Shown here: piece by piece, positions 40,467-53,906 of the stretch
Layout: every line of letters begins with the position of its first letter
Numbering within the stretch: the stretch's first letter is position 1
Origin: Octopus bimaculoides
Taxonomy: Eukaryota
NCBI RefSeq assembly: GCF_001194135.2
Contig: NC_068985.1
Span: 106,880,191-106,944,190, forward strand
Direction: 5' to 3'
Length of the DNA stretch: 64,000 nt
The notes under the pieces: generated by a model
Databases searched by the model: none
What the model saw: only the letters and a program-made list of their open reading frames with translations
What the model was told of the DNA's origin: nothing
Translations under genes and position numbers: made by a program

Positions 40467-40518
<52 letters not shown>

Positions 40519-41207
40519 GGCCCGCCTGTTCATGTATCAGGGATATCCATCCACCCTCATCCCAAACTGCTCTTGCCTATGCTCATCTAATCGATCCCAC
40601 CACCACCCTCTCTCTCTTCCCACACCTATCCTCCAACCACATGTCTTTCCTCTCTTTTTGCCCCTTTGGAGGATCCCATGGGGCCTTCTGCTGCCTCCAG
40701 CTAGATCCCACCATCTGCCCTATTTTCCCCAACCTACCCTTGCTCTCCTTTAAATGCACCCGTAACCTATGCAATATACTGGTCTGTAGCACATTCCCCC
40801 ACAATCCCAACCCAACATGGATCCTTCCCTTGCTCTAGATCCCATTGCCACACCTGTCTTTTCATCACTAACACCACCTCCCTCACTGGATCCAACCAGC
40901 ACACCCTTTACATTAGGAACTCCTTATCCTGCACTTCTAGCCTTATCTATTGCATCAGATGTAATCTCTGCAACAAACTCTATGTTGGCTAGCCAACTGA
41001 TTCACCAAACATCTATGAGATGTTCAGCTACGTATGAACACCCCCATTGCCTGCCATTTTCGCTTGGCCAACCACTCTACCTCAAATATCACCGTCGTCA
41101 GCCTTACCCTACACCATGGATCCACCAACTTTCAACTCTGCTTGGAACAGCATTACATTTACACTCTTTTAGAGTGCATATTGTTAAAAAAATTGAAGTA
41201 GATAAAT

Positions 41208-41975
41208 GACATGGGACAAGACCTATGCATACATACATCCATACATACATGCATGTAACAAAACATGTGTCACTAAAGAATATTACAGTCGAATAAAGAA
41301 AATTTGGACCTTGGAACTCTCTGCACTCAATAGAACATTGGCTCACAATGTGTTTGCAATGCCAGTACTCATACCAACATTTGGGCTACTTGATTGGATG
41401 CTCGATGGATCTGAGCCATTGATGTGAAAACCTAGAAGATACTAATATGCACACATAATTTCCACATAAACAGTGACATAGACCACTTCTGCCTAAAATG
41501 AAAACAAGGAGGCAGAAGCCTAACATTGATCCAGACTGCCTTTGGATGTTATATCATATTCTTTCAGCAATATCTTTTAACCACCAAGTGTCGAAGTCCA
41601 TCCCTTCACTAAGTTTGCATACATAAAGGCTGATAACATCATAAGACTTTGAAGGCAGCTACTGGAGCAGCATTCCTTGTCTGATAAACTTAAACACATG
41701 CCCAAAGAAGTTGCGTAACTCAATCGCAACATATCATCAGATGAAAAGATGAGCCTATATGAGCAGATGGTAGTAACATTGATCATCAAAGCAGTCTATC
41801 ATGGACCAACAACTGGATTGCTACCTCCCACTTTGAAGGGCATGCGTTTGCAATCCCAGAACAGGAAATAAAGCATGTCTAGATATGCAACTATATGCAT
41901 GAGAATATATACATAAAAACAAAACATACAAATCTGCCATATACATACATACATACATACATACATACATACAAA
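41208..41975 (+). mobile_element. Dong/R4-clade LINE relic (RT C-terminus joined to 3' UTR)
   Basis: KEYYSRIKKIWTLELSALNRTLAHNVFAMPVLIPTFGLLDW...DVKT*KIL...FHINSDIDH...KQGGR. The 3' UTR catgtctagatatgcaactatatgcatg and (ATAC)n tail are shared with the copy at 59.7-60.2 kb. Confidence 0.75.
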
Positions 41976-42604
41976 TAAAAATACCTTGTTGTTGATGTTG
42001 AAATTCCAATGAAGGAGCCTTGGATCTAGGTTAGAAACTGGCTCTTTCACTATTGGCAAGAAATCTTGAAATAAAACTGAATAATGACATACATACATAC
42101 ATATATACATACATATATACGTACAAGTTATGTATATATACTAATGTACATATCTTCATAATCTCCCCTTAAATCATCAAAGAACCAATTAAATTGTCAA
42201 TGTAGGTTGGCTGAGTCATATTAAATAATACTGAAAAAAGTACCTTGCTTGAACTTACTGTTTGGGTTGTTGTCTACTTGTTAGAAACAAAGTACATTGT
42301 TCCACAAAATAGAAAAGAAATGAACCCGAAACAATGACAATAATAACATAAAAGACTGAACTAACTAAAGAAATACAACAAGTTATTAGTTAACCAATGT
42401 TATAATCATTAATGTTTTCTTTTCTAATTTAAACAAAATGTGAACAAAACTGTAACTTCAGACAAAGTGTCTTTATTGTTTCTTTTTTATAAATATTCAC
42501 CTTTTTGTATCTTGTGGGTATGATCTGATGTTTTGTCACCATCATCTATCTTTCTTTCCAGATCCACCCCATTTATTTCCACTCACTCTCATATGAAGGA
42601 ATAT

Positions 42605-42815
42605 CATTTAACCATCAAGCAATATCTTTTAACCACCAAGTGTCGAAGTGCACCCCTTCACCAAGTTTGCATACATAAAGGCTGATAACATCATAAGACT
42701 TTGAAGGCAGCTCCTGGAGCAGCATTCCTTGTCTGATAACCTTAAATACATGCCCAAAGAAGTTGCGCAACTCTACCGCAACATATCATCAGATGAAAGG
42801 ATGAGCCTATCTTCT
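42605..42815 (+). mobile_element. Second fragment of the same Dong/R4 LINE segment
   Basis: Near-identical to 41567-41760 (gcaatatcttttaaccaccaagtgtcgaagt...gatgagcctat). Confidence 0.7.
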
Positions 42816-44219
42816 CTACAACAACAAACCTGTTCCTGTCTCTTCTATCATATTTTAACCTCTCAATACTTTATATACCCACTGAGTTGAGGGGACTCTT
42901 TAGTTTTGTGAATTACTAATGCTGGTGCTGCAAAAAAAAAAAGTTCTCATAACACTCAGTAAAATGATGGGTATTTGGAAGGGTATCCTACTATAGAAAT
43001 TATGTCAAAATCAAGATGCTGGAGAATGACTTGGTCCTCCAGCCCAATGGATTTTGCCAGATGGTCTGATATGAAATGATAATGATGATGAAGCAACGAC
43101 ACATGATGAAATTTTTATAGCAAAAATGTATATGATGATAAAAACCAATAGCAAAAATTTGTATTATAGCAAAAATAAGAAAACTAAAGTTTCCTAAGAC
43201 GTAAAAATTTCTGGCAAAAATATTTGCAACTAAAGTTATGAACAAGTTCACAATCAGTGCTTTTCAACTTCAGCTGAAGTTTCAGTAATACGATGATGAA
43301 GTATTACTAAGATGGAAATTACTTTATGTTGATGTGGAGGAATGGTTTCTTGGTATCACTAAATACAAGGTAATATTCATACCTTACGGCTGAGGTTTGA
43401 TGGTTAATTATGTAGAACAGTAGGAAAGCACCTGTCTTATCTTCACTATGCACAGTACACTTACTGATACCCAGCAAACTCATTGACGCATCATATTTTG
43501 GCATGGTTGCAGTTAGCAGTAGGTCATGGTTCATGCATCACCATAATTACTTCAATATTTTACATTTCTTCTGCATAGTGCCCATAATCAAATACATGTC
43601 AATATTATTAATGATACATTTTGCATTTGAATATTTAAGATATCAAATTATATAGGTTACTTGCAAAGTATTATGATTTTATAAGAATGAATAATAAAAT
43701 AGAAATGACAACTTCTCCCTCAGTGTAGAACAGCAAAAGAACTAAGCCCCTTGCACACAATCATACTCTACCTGACCTTGCATTATTGTACTTCATCCTT
43801 GATAAATCAACTCAGTTGCAACACCCATCCTTCAATCTCAATGGTTCAGAAAAGAATACTGAGCCATTTTTATTGTATAGTATACTTTAAATCAATCTAT
43901 TACAACAGGACCTGAGGTAATTCTGTGATTATTTTGGAAACTAATAAGATTGTTGGAAGCTTATAAAGAAATGTGAAATACATTATTTCTTTTGAAACAG
44001 AATTTTTTCTGAAGGGTCGGTTCTTGTGACAGTGCAAAGTCCAGATACATAGTGCAGGAGTCTTGAGAGAAAAGATCTTTGACAACTATATCCTTCATCA
44101 TCCACTCGTCAATTTTTTCTACTTTGAGAATTGTTATCAATTATTTTTGTCCTTATGTTAAGAAGCAAACAATCTTAAATGGGGAACAGAATTGAAGATA
44201 TAATGTCGCTATAATATTC

Positions 44220-44432
44220 TTTTCTACTCTAGGCACAAGGCCTGAAATTTTGTGGGAGGGAGTCAGTTGATCAGATCGACCCCAGTACACAATTGGTACT
44301 TAACTTATCGACCCCAAAAGGACGAAAGGCAAAGTCAACCTCGGCAGAATTTGAACTCAGAACATAAAAACAGACGAAATACCGCTAAGCATTTCGCCCA
44401 GCATGCTAATGTTTCGGCCAGCTCACCACCTT
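44220..44432 (-). mobile_element. tRNA-derived SINE, near-complete copy
   Basis: Minus head ggtggtgagctggccgaaacattagc...ttctgagttcaaattc (A/B-box-like). Other copies at about 48050, 49495, 49790, 50955 and 53020. Confidence 0.8.
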
Positions 44433-45679
44433 AGCATGTTTAATATTTAACACATTTGGAAAAAAATGATAAGTCATTTTCTTCTGATAAAAATAATTTC
44501 TTAAGTTCAACATGTTTTGTAGAAAAGATGACTATTCTGTGGTCATCAAATGAATTTTGTTATTGAGTACAAAACCCTTCTTTATATGAGAAGAAGCAGG
44601 GCAGTGTATTTGATATCTTCTCTGTTATACTCGACCAATTGATGTTTTCAGAAAGTAGAAGACTGTCATAGTGAATATCTTAGATTATTCACTCCTACCC
44701 TTCTGGGATCAGTTTTATCTTTCACCTTATTTGAATGGGGAGTCAATAAAATGAATGCCAGCTTTATACCGTGGTTGATTTAATCAACTATATCTTTGTA
44801 AAAATTAGTCTTGTGTCTCCAAAAGGAATTAATATTTAATGTAGCTCACAGCGACAAGCACCAAATAAGCAAATAGAACAGATTACCCAAGGAAAGATAA
44901 TACATGCAGATGTGATAAGACAATAGTTCAAATAAAGTGAAATAATTGGAAACCAGCAAGTGAGTCAGTCATGAACCAATCATCAGATATATCACAATAT
45001 AACACTGTAGGTGACAGTAAATAGTGCTTGGTCTAGGAAATAGATAAAATAGAAAAATATATAGATTATCAAAGGAAGAAAAGCGCTGTAAAGTTAGTAG
45101 CTAAAAGCATTTAAGGAATATCATCACATTAATCGTATTTAACCACGTTATTAATCTTAACCACAAGGCAACACAGGGTGGTGGAGTGGCAGAATTAGTA
45201 AAGCAGCAGAAAAAGTTATTTGTATTTTTTAGTTATTCTAAGTTCAAATCCCACAAAGGGATAAGATACACCAAAGCATATCCTCAAGGGGACTTGTCCA
45301 AGAGAGCATAATGACAGAAAAATTAGTGGAGTGGATAAGAACGTGATTTGATCCTGCTTGAGCAACATGATTTAGGAGGACAGAGGAAGGAGGTATAGCA
45401 AGATGTAGGTAATTGCATGGCAAAGTACTGTGAGTAGAAGAGAAGGATATATATATATATANNNNNNNNNNATATGTATATATACACACACACACACATA
45501 TATATATAAATATATACATGTAAATGTAAGATCTAGGGATTGAGGTGTAGGAGGAAAGTTAGCTTTAAGAAATCCATAGTAAATATAAAAAATAACTTTT
45601 GGAGACAATAGCGGTTTATTGAGATGGAAGGTTGTGGATATTTCCGTATCGAAGTATGATAAACTGAAAAAAGTTCTTT

Positions 45680-47110
45680 TTATATTTCACAGTAGGTAGC
45701 CTGGGTTGTTGATGGAATGAAGTAGATAACATCCGGGCTACAAATGTTTCATAGCAAGCGGAACCTCAAAAGTGGTAAATATCCAAGCAAGATGTATACC
45801 GCAGGCTACTCTTGATTAAATGAAAGTTTACATTGTAGCAAGAAGGTACATGTTAGTGCATGGAAAATTCATGTATCTCCTTATGACAATGTAAACTTTC
45901 ATTTAATCAAGATATCCTTAGCCTGAAGTGTAGCGCTTTCCATTTCTTTGGGAGTTGTCATGCAGTCTGTGTCCCTGAGGGCCTTGAACATGTTTTCCCT
46001 GATCATGATCTCAATTATGGGCAGTGACTTCACCAATGTCTCTACTCATTCGCAGGGAAAGTTTGAGAAGCAACAACTTACCCGTGGCTTTTTCCCTGGC
46101 TACAATTTTGGGCGATATGCCCAGTCTATTTGCACTGGTAGCAAGCCAGTCCAGGCTCAATGCAGTCTCTTGCTATGTGCGGTCCTTGGCACTTAAAACA
46201 CCAGCCTGTGAATGGCTGCTGTCGTTCCACAGCAGGCCTCTTTTCGTCCTTCACTGCCTGTTGCACAAATTCACAGGCTTCTGCCGCCGCCATTATCACT
46301 GCCTTCTGCCCAGTATTTTGTGTCAACTCATGGACTTGAACAATGAGCTCACTCATTGCCATTTTGTCTCCACCTGGTAACTGTTGTAGTCACACCGACA
46401 CGTCATCAGGATAGCCATTCACAAAAGCCAGTCGCACTATTTTCTCAAGTCCCTCACCAGTAAGACCAGACAACACAACCAGCCTCTGTACCTCCACAGT
46501 ATATTCATCGACCTGTTCCCCATCTCCATCTGATTGTTCCCAGTTTAGCAAAAGTGGTATACTCTCCATCTGTGTAAGCCTCTCTCAAGCACTACTCGAT
46601 CTTTGCAGCGCTCAGCTGTTCTTCTTCATCCATTTTGAGGTACAGTGCCAGCACACTCCCCTCCAAATACAGGGTCATGAGGCTCACTACATCTTCGATG
46701 TCTTGTAGCCTGGACACAGATTTGACCTTTCGAATCCAAGCTGCTATGTCATCTTCATAGAAAGGTTTGATGGCATCACCGCCGATCCTTATCTTCGCTG
46801 CCACCATATATCAAGGGGACAACAACGCCTGTATACAATTGCTGAAATAGCTTGTCGTGCATGGGAAATGAAAAGAGGTTCACCTACCTTCCTCTATTAT
46901 CTACACCCATCTAGTAGTAGTCACTCCGGCGATCCTGCCCTACCCCATCACCAGTATAAGCAGCTGCTATCTCAACAACTCGAGAGTGATTTCTCTGATG
47001 TCCTTTTGCAAAACCTCAGCTGGCCAAAAGAGAACGACCCTATCCTGTTCCCCCAACACTTCCCTTCTAACGCTTCCTCTTCCAGTCAGTCCCTTGACCA
47101 CTGACATCAT
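45680..47110 (-). mobile_element. Ty3/Gypsy LTR retrotransposon relic (probable 5' LTR, gag, protease)
   Basis: gag IKPFYEDDIAAWIRKVKSVSRLQDIEDVVSLMTLYLEG (46592-46807); two CCHC knuckles CFKCQGPHIARDC / CYQCK*TGHIAQNC; protease-like ALRDTDCMTT (DTG site decayed) near 45970. LTR-like segment at about 46950-47110 starts TG on the minus strand. Confidence 0.8.
45810..45912. mobile_element. Mini-MITE inserted in the Gypsy relic
   Basis: Perfect 27-bp TIR: TCTTGATTAAATGAAAGTTTACATTGT (45810-45836) and its reverse complement (45886-45912); TA near both flanks. Confidence 0.8.
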
Positions 47111-48699
47111 GGCCCTCTTCTTCTGGCTCATCTCCACAGAAACTGACCTATTTTTTAAATTACATTTCAGGTAAATGAACACTGATTTGCTGGAGCAGAA
47201 ATATCGTAATAGCAAATATTTTGCTCAGATTTGCTTGTCAGTTGCTTGATCTTAACCACTTGAGCATATCCCTTAGTGGCTGACAGTATGTGCATCTCTG
47301 ATCATGAGCAGGAGTAGTGGGGGAGCATTATAGCCATGTTGAGAGGGATTCTTTGAGGTTTGAATAAATGTTTGAATAAAAGTTTGAAAGAAATGTTCGC
47401 CATGTTTCATACTTTCTAGAGGTAAGCAAAGAGGAAGTAACAGTTGCTACTCAAGGACAAAAATCGTGTTGCACAGTGTAATTTAAGTCATTCTTTGATC
47501 ATTGTTTGAAATTAATATAGTAACTTAATATGTCCTGCTTTGTGCACATGATGAATTATTATCAGTTTGGCAGACATCAGCATGCATCAGCAAATAATTT
47601 GTTTGTTGAATTCTATAAGCAATGACCACAATTCTTGTCTAGATTCATTGATCTAGGATAATTTCGATTAAAAAGGCACAATCAGGTCAAAACACTGTGA
47701 TGCCTCAAAGTCCTCTTGCCTCAATACATTGAGTGTGAGTTGCTTTTTTTTTGGGGGGGGGGGACAAATTATCTGAAAAGAGATATTATTCTCTGAAGAT
47801 TAAATAGAACAGCAATTAGCATGTTCACATTTGAATCAGCTGGAAGATATTAAGAACGAATATGTATGTCATTGAATAAAATAAATGTTGACTATAGGTG
47901 TCAATATAATTGACTATTTCTCCCTAATCTGTGGCTTTGTTCCTATGTTAAAAATCATTATTTTAACTCTCCTAGGAAGCTGAAATCCATATATTCAGTT
48001 TTGTGTAGATACATAAAAACAAATTATGTTTAGTATGTGTCAGGGAAAGCAGCAAGCTGGCAGAATCATTATTGCATTAGACAAAATGCTAAGTGGCATT
48101 TCTTTATGTTCTGAGTTCAAATTCCACTGAGGTCAACTTTGTCTTTCATTCTTTTGGAGTGGATAAGTACTAGTTGAACACTGGGGTCGATGTAATTGAC
48201 TACTCTTCTCCAATTGCTGGCCTAGTTGAACCCTGGGGGTCGATATAATTGACTACTCTTCTCCAGTTGCTAGCCTTGTACCAAAGTTTGAAACAGTTAA
48301 GTGTGTCAGAGAGAACAATAATAAGGAGCAAGAAAAATATTTACATATAAATCATTAGTTCATTTTTTCTTAACATACTCAAAAATTTGTGGCCTTGTGC
48401 CATTTTCATAAATCAATATTATAATAGATGGCAAGACATCAAATAAAATATTTTGAAGTATTTAGTTACATTTCTTTAAGTTCTGATTCAAATCCTGCTT
48501 TCATCCTGATATTGCCAATGTTAGTTATATCGTAACAATGGTTTATCAAGACAATGATGCAACTATAATAAAGAAGGATAGAGTCGACTGACTGTATCCA
48601 TTTTGCTATTTTGTCATGTAAGAATTAACAATGTATTACAAAAAAGGTCAGTTCCTAGCATCTAAAGTAAAGCTTTGTTCTCAAGTCAAACCAATTCAT

Positions 48700-48920
48700 A
48701 AGGGCTGGTTTCCTGGTTTCCATGGTATATATATTCCCCACCTAAATGGGACATTGGTCTGTCACAGAATTACTCATTTTTAACAGCTGAGTGGATTGGA
48801 GCAAAGTGAAATGAAGTGTTTTGCTCAAGAACACAATGCATTGCCGGGTCCAAGAATCGAAACTACAATCTTACAGTCATGAGTCCAACACCCTAACCAC
48901 CGAGCCATGTGCCTCCACTT
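48700..48920 (-). mobile_element. tRNA-derived SINE (different family)
   Basis: Minus head gtggaggcacatggctcggtggttagggtgttggactcatgactg...ttcgattcttggacc, with body motif gctgagtggattggagcaa...cttgctcaagaacacaa. Related sequence near 12620-12770 and 23080-23140. Confidence 0.6.
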
Positions 48921-49329
48921 CCTAATATCTGGTACTCCATCATTACTTCCTTTTATCCCTTTCGCAGCTACCCTATCCTTCCCTATAGGTAACCATGTAT
49001 CTCCTCTATAGCAAGACATGTGTATTTGTCCTATCACACATTAGCCTTTCAATACCTGGCATGAAACCAGCCCCTCTTTCAAATCCCCTCCCTATACACA
49101 CACTTAGAAGATGGAACTTTTTCATTTTCCTTTTCCCTGTTCTTTTTTTCTGTTTTGCCAAGTTACTTGGCATCCTCACTAGTGCCAGTGGCTGGGAAAA
49201 AGCACTCAATACACACTGTAAAGTGATTGGCATTAGGAAGAGCATGCAGTCAGAAACCATGCCAAAGCTGACACAAGAACTTAGCACAGCCCTGTGGATC
49301 CCCAGAGCCTGTCAAACCACCCAAATTAA

Positions 49330-49448
49330 ATGATGATGATGATGATGATGGTAATGAAGAAGAAGAAGAAGAAGAAGAAGAAGAAGAAGAAGAAGAAGAA
49401 GATTCTACCAGTTTGTCAGCTTAATATAATATAATAATACAACATACG

Positions 49449-49489
<41 letters not shown>

Positions 49490-49716
49490 CCTTCCTACTA
49501 AAAGCACCGTGCCTGAAATTTTGGGGGAGGGGGACTAGTCAATTACATCAACCCCAGTGGTTGATGGTACTTAATTTACTGGTACTTAATTTATCAACAC
49601 CAAAAGGATGAACGACAAAGTCAACCTTGATGGACATTGAACTCAGAACGTAGTGACGAACAAAATGCCACTAAGCATTTTGCCCAGCATGCTAACAATT
49701 CTTCCAGCTCACCGCC

Positions 49717-49790
<74 letters not shown>
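49330..49790. repeat. (GAT)n/(GAA)n/(AAT)n microsatellites interleaved with SINE copies
   Basis: Direct reading; representative of many simple-repeat tracts across the window. Confidence 0.9.
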
Positions 49791-50404
49791 CCTTTCTACT
49801 CTAGGCAAAAGGCCTGAAATTTGGAGGGAGGGGACTAGTTGATTACGTTGACCCCCAGTGTTACTCGTACTTAATTTATCGACCCCGAAAGGATGAAAGG
49901 CAAAGTCAACCTCTGTGGAATCTGAACTCTTGCTGCAAAAGATGGGTTACAGCAAATATTCTGCTCAATACCACAGATCTGCTTGTCAGTTGTTTGACCT
50001 AAACTAGTTGAGCATGTTCCTTGGTGGCTGACGATATGTGCATCTCTGATCATGAGCAGAAGTAGTAGGGGAGCATCATAGCTATGTGTTGAGAGGAATT
50101 CTTTGGGGTTTGAATAATTCACCTCTGGAAACGTGGGTGTTTCATGCAACATCTTTAAATGACCCTTATCAGGGACCTTTTGAATGGGATGGGCTATTTG
50201 ACCCGAAGAAAATTCTAAGTGGGCCCCACCTGCAAGGTCATGTGTTGTTTATCTTGATATGAGATCACCATATCGCACACATATAGTTGTGATGCATATG
50301 CCTGGTGTACCCTTTTCAGATGGGTAGTCATGATGGGTATATAGGGCTTCATATATTTGACCCCAGTGTCACTTTGATGGCATGTGCTGCTCTCTCACTC
50401 AATA

Positions 50405-50445
<41 letters not shown>

Positions 50446-52214
50446 AGAAAAAGATAATAATATTATAATAATAAAAAATAAACTGGTGATGCAAGTTAAT
50501 GAGCCAGTTTCATTAACATCACTTATAAGTTTGTTATTGTTTGAAATCAACTTTATACCTTGATTGTATCTATATATAGAATTAATGTATAAACATCAAA
50601 AATTATATCCATGGGAATTAAGAGCTCAGTTAATATTAAATACAGATATGTTATTATAGTGCAGTAAATCCTGGTGGAATAAAATTGCATGTGTATACAG
50701 GATCGGTGTAAAAGATCATTGAAACAGCAATGCTATGTTTCTTTTTCATGAAGATATGAATAACACATCACTTTTAAATCAATTATGCATTTTAATTATG
50801 TAATTATATAAACCATGATGTTTTACGCCAGTGAAACAGATGTAGAGGACAATTGAATTATGAACTATATATGAAACTTATGCTTTTCCTGCTTTTTATT
50901 CTAAATTCACTGAGTTATATTAAGAATTGTTAATATTGTATAATTGGAAGGTGGCAAGCTGGCAGAATCGTTAGGATGCTGAGCAAAATCCTTCTTGGCA
51001 TTTCATCTGTCTTTACATCTGTGTTCAAATTTCACTGAGATCAACCTTATCCATTCACCCTTTGGAGGCCGATAAAACAAGTACCAGCTGAGCATTGGGG
51101 TGGATCTAACTGACATACTTACTTCTTTCGAAACTGCTGGCCCTGTGCCAAAATTTGAAACCCATATTGTATGATTGAACGAAGTTAAGTTGATGGTAGA
51201 ATTAGTGGCATGTTGAAGTCAAACGATTTGCAGAATTTTGTAATGGCCACATATCTGTCTCTTCCACTCACTGTACTTTGTAACTCCTAATTTTGTACTC
51301 AATATGCACATATTGAGTATCTATATCTCTTTACTGCATACATCAACCACCTATGTCCTGCTACCTGTCCTTTCTCAGTTCTCTTAGATTATGATACTCA
51401 CGTTGGGTGGGATCATGTTCTTACCCATCTTCCCTGAGTCTTCCATCACTACACTGCCTTGAACATGTCCCCTAGAAGATATGTTTTCGTTTTTTTTACT
51501 TTTCTACCATTATAATAATAATGGGATCAAGTCAACCAAATTATAACCTCTCTTGAAATTAGTGGCCTTGTACATATATAAAAATCCATATTTTTACTAC
51601 TGGAAAGAAATACATGCTGTGTCCCATCAAACAGAATTAACTGGAACTTTGAGACTTGCGAAACCTGCTGGTTTTGTTTATGGTTTCAGTGAACAGAATT
51701 GTATGCTGGTCAGTACTTATATTGGCCAACCATTAAAAAAAGTGTTGTTTACACTGTCTACAGTGAAACCAGGAATGAATATTTGCATATTTATTCTTAT
51801 TCTCAACGAAAAATGGACATTAAAATGACAATGATGATGATGATGATGATGATGATGATAATGACATAACGATGATGATGGTGTGGTGGTGGTGGTGAAG
51901 ATGACGGGGATGATGATGATGATGATTGATAATATTTCTTTCTAATATCATCATCATCAATCATCATAAACATTATTTTTCATGTATGTGCATTGTACAC
52001 TGTTCATTAATTCCTAAATATTTGTAACCCTGTGTTTGGTATAATTCTCTTATCTCTGTTTCTTTAACATGGTAATTGTAGGTTTGTTTGCATTTTTAAT
52101 CAGTTTTTCTCTCTTCATGCTGATTTGGCACCTTTTTTAAAACAGAATTTCATGTAAATTCCTAGACTGAATCTTGGTACTGTATAAACAATGTTTCTGG
52201 TTGTTTATCATCTG

Positions 52215-52920
52215 CAGTCATCATTATCATCATCATTATTATTTAGCATCCATTTTCCATGCTGGCATGGGTTAGATGGTTTGACTGGAACTGGTAAGCA
52301 AGAGAGCTGTACCAGGCTCCAGTCAGGATTGGCTTGGTTTCTATGACAAGACACTCTTCCTAACACCAACCACTCCAAGAATGTAATGGGTGCCTTTTAC
52401 ATCACTGGTACTGGCCATGACTACGATTTCTCTTGACTTTACATGTTTTCTCAAGCACAGCAAATCACCAAAGGTCTCAATCACTTGTCATTGCTTCCGT
52501 GAAATTCAGCATCCAAAGATCATGCTTTACCACTTTGTCTTATTTCTTCGTAGGTCTATCTCTTCCACACATTCCCTCCACAGTCAGAGGTCAGCACTTC
52601 TATACAAAACTGTCCTCGTCCATTTGCATCACATGACCACACCAGTGCAGTCTTCTCTCTTGCACACCACATCTGATGCTTTTATGCCCAATTTTCCTCT
52701 TAAGATGCTTACACTCTGTTGAACATGCACACTGACATTGCACATCCAACAAAGCATACTAGCTACACTTCTTTCAAGCCTTCACAAGTCCTCTATAGTC
52801 ACAGACGATGTTTCACTGCCATGTAGCATGGCTATTTGCTCACAGGTGTCATACAATTTTCTTTTCACTCTAAGCGAGAGGCCTTTCATTACCAACAAAG
52901 GTGCATTTAGAAGTATATCT
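52215..52920 (-). mobile_element. RTE-clade LINE 3' fragment with UTR and (GAT)n tail
   Basis: KGLSLRVKRKLYDTC...MLHGSET...RLERS...ERRLHWWCHVMQMDED...GR.RP, followed by the same 3' UTR as 15130-15545. Confidence 0.85.
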
Positions 52921-53544
52921 ACCCCTGATTAGCATTTTGGCTTAAGTTGTTAAAGCCAGACAAAAAAGAATGAAGAACAAAGTCCCTTTAGAATATTTTC
53001 CTTATAATATCTTTTATCAGTTAAGGTGGTGAGCTGGCAGAAATGTCAGCACACCAGACAAAATGCTTAGCAGTATTTCGTCTGTTTTTATGTTCTGAGT
53101 TCAAATTCTGCTGAGGTTGACTTTGTCTTTCATTCTTTGTGGGTCTACAAATTAAGTACCAGTTGCATACTGGGGTCAATCTAATCGACTTGACCCCTCA
53201 CCACAAAACATTCCGGCCTTGTGCCTAAGCAGTGTTGGGGGACAAATATGCACATATATCTGAAGTGCTTCCACACAGTTTACATCGACCAGATTCACAC
53301 ACAAGGCTTTGATCATCTCAAGGCTATGGTGAAAAAACATTTTCCCAAGGTGCCACTCAGCAGGACTGAACCTGAAACCACATAGTGGCAGAGTGAGCTT
53401 CCTCACCACACAGCCAGCAAGTATTCATGGTGCTGCCTAATTCATGGCTAATATTTTCAAAAGATAATATAGTCATGTCTTGATTGGCTTTTGTTATAAG
53501 TTTGTTCAATCAAGGTTGACCTGCAGCTAAATAACAACTCCAGA

Positions 53545-53595
<51 letters not shown>

Positions 53596-53847
53596 AACCT
53601 CCACCACAACTAAGGTTTTAATGCCTCAAGCCAAAATGCTAATCAGCATTGAACATACCTACAACTGCAATTTTGTATATAGAAGACCAATGCAGAGGAT
53701 AAACAACCAGAAACACTGTTTTATACAGTACCCAGATTCATTGCAGGAATTGACATGAAATTCAGTTAAAAAAAAAAGGTGCCAAGTGTGCATGAAGAGA
53801 ATAAAACTGATTTTAAAAAAAAAGCAAACAAACCTACCACCACCACC

Positions 53848-53906
<59 letters not shown>

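Noticed and set aside
44330-44432. tRNA-like A/B-box heads here and in many other places
   Set aside because: SINE heads attached to SINE bodies; no complete cloverleaf, so no tRNA gene is called.
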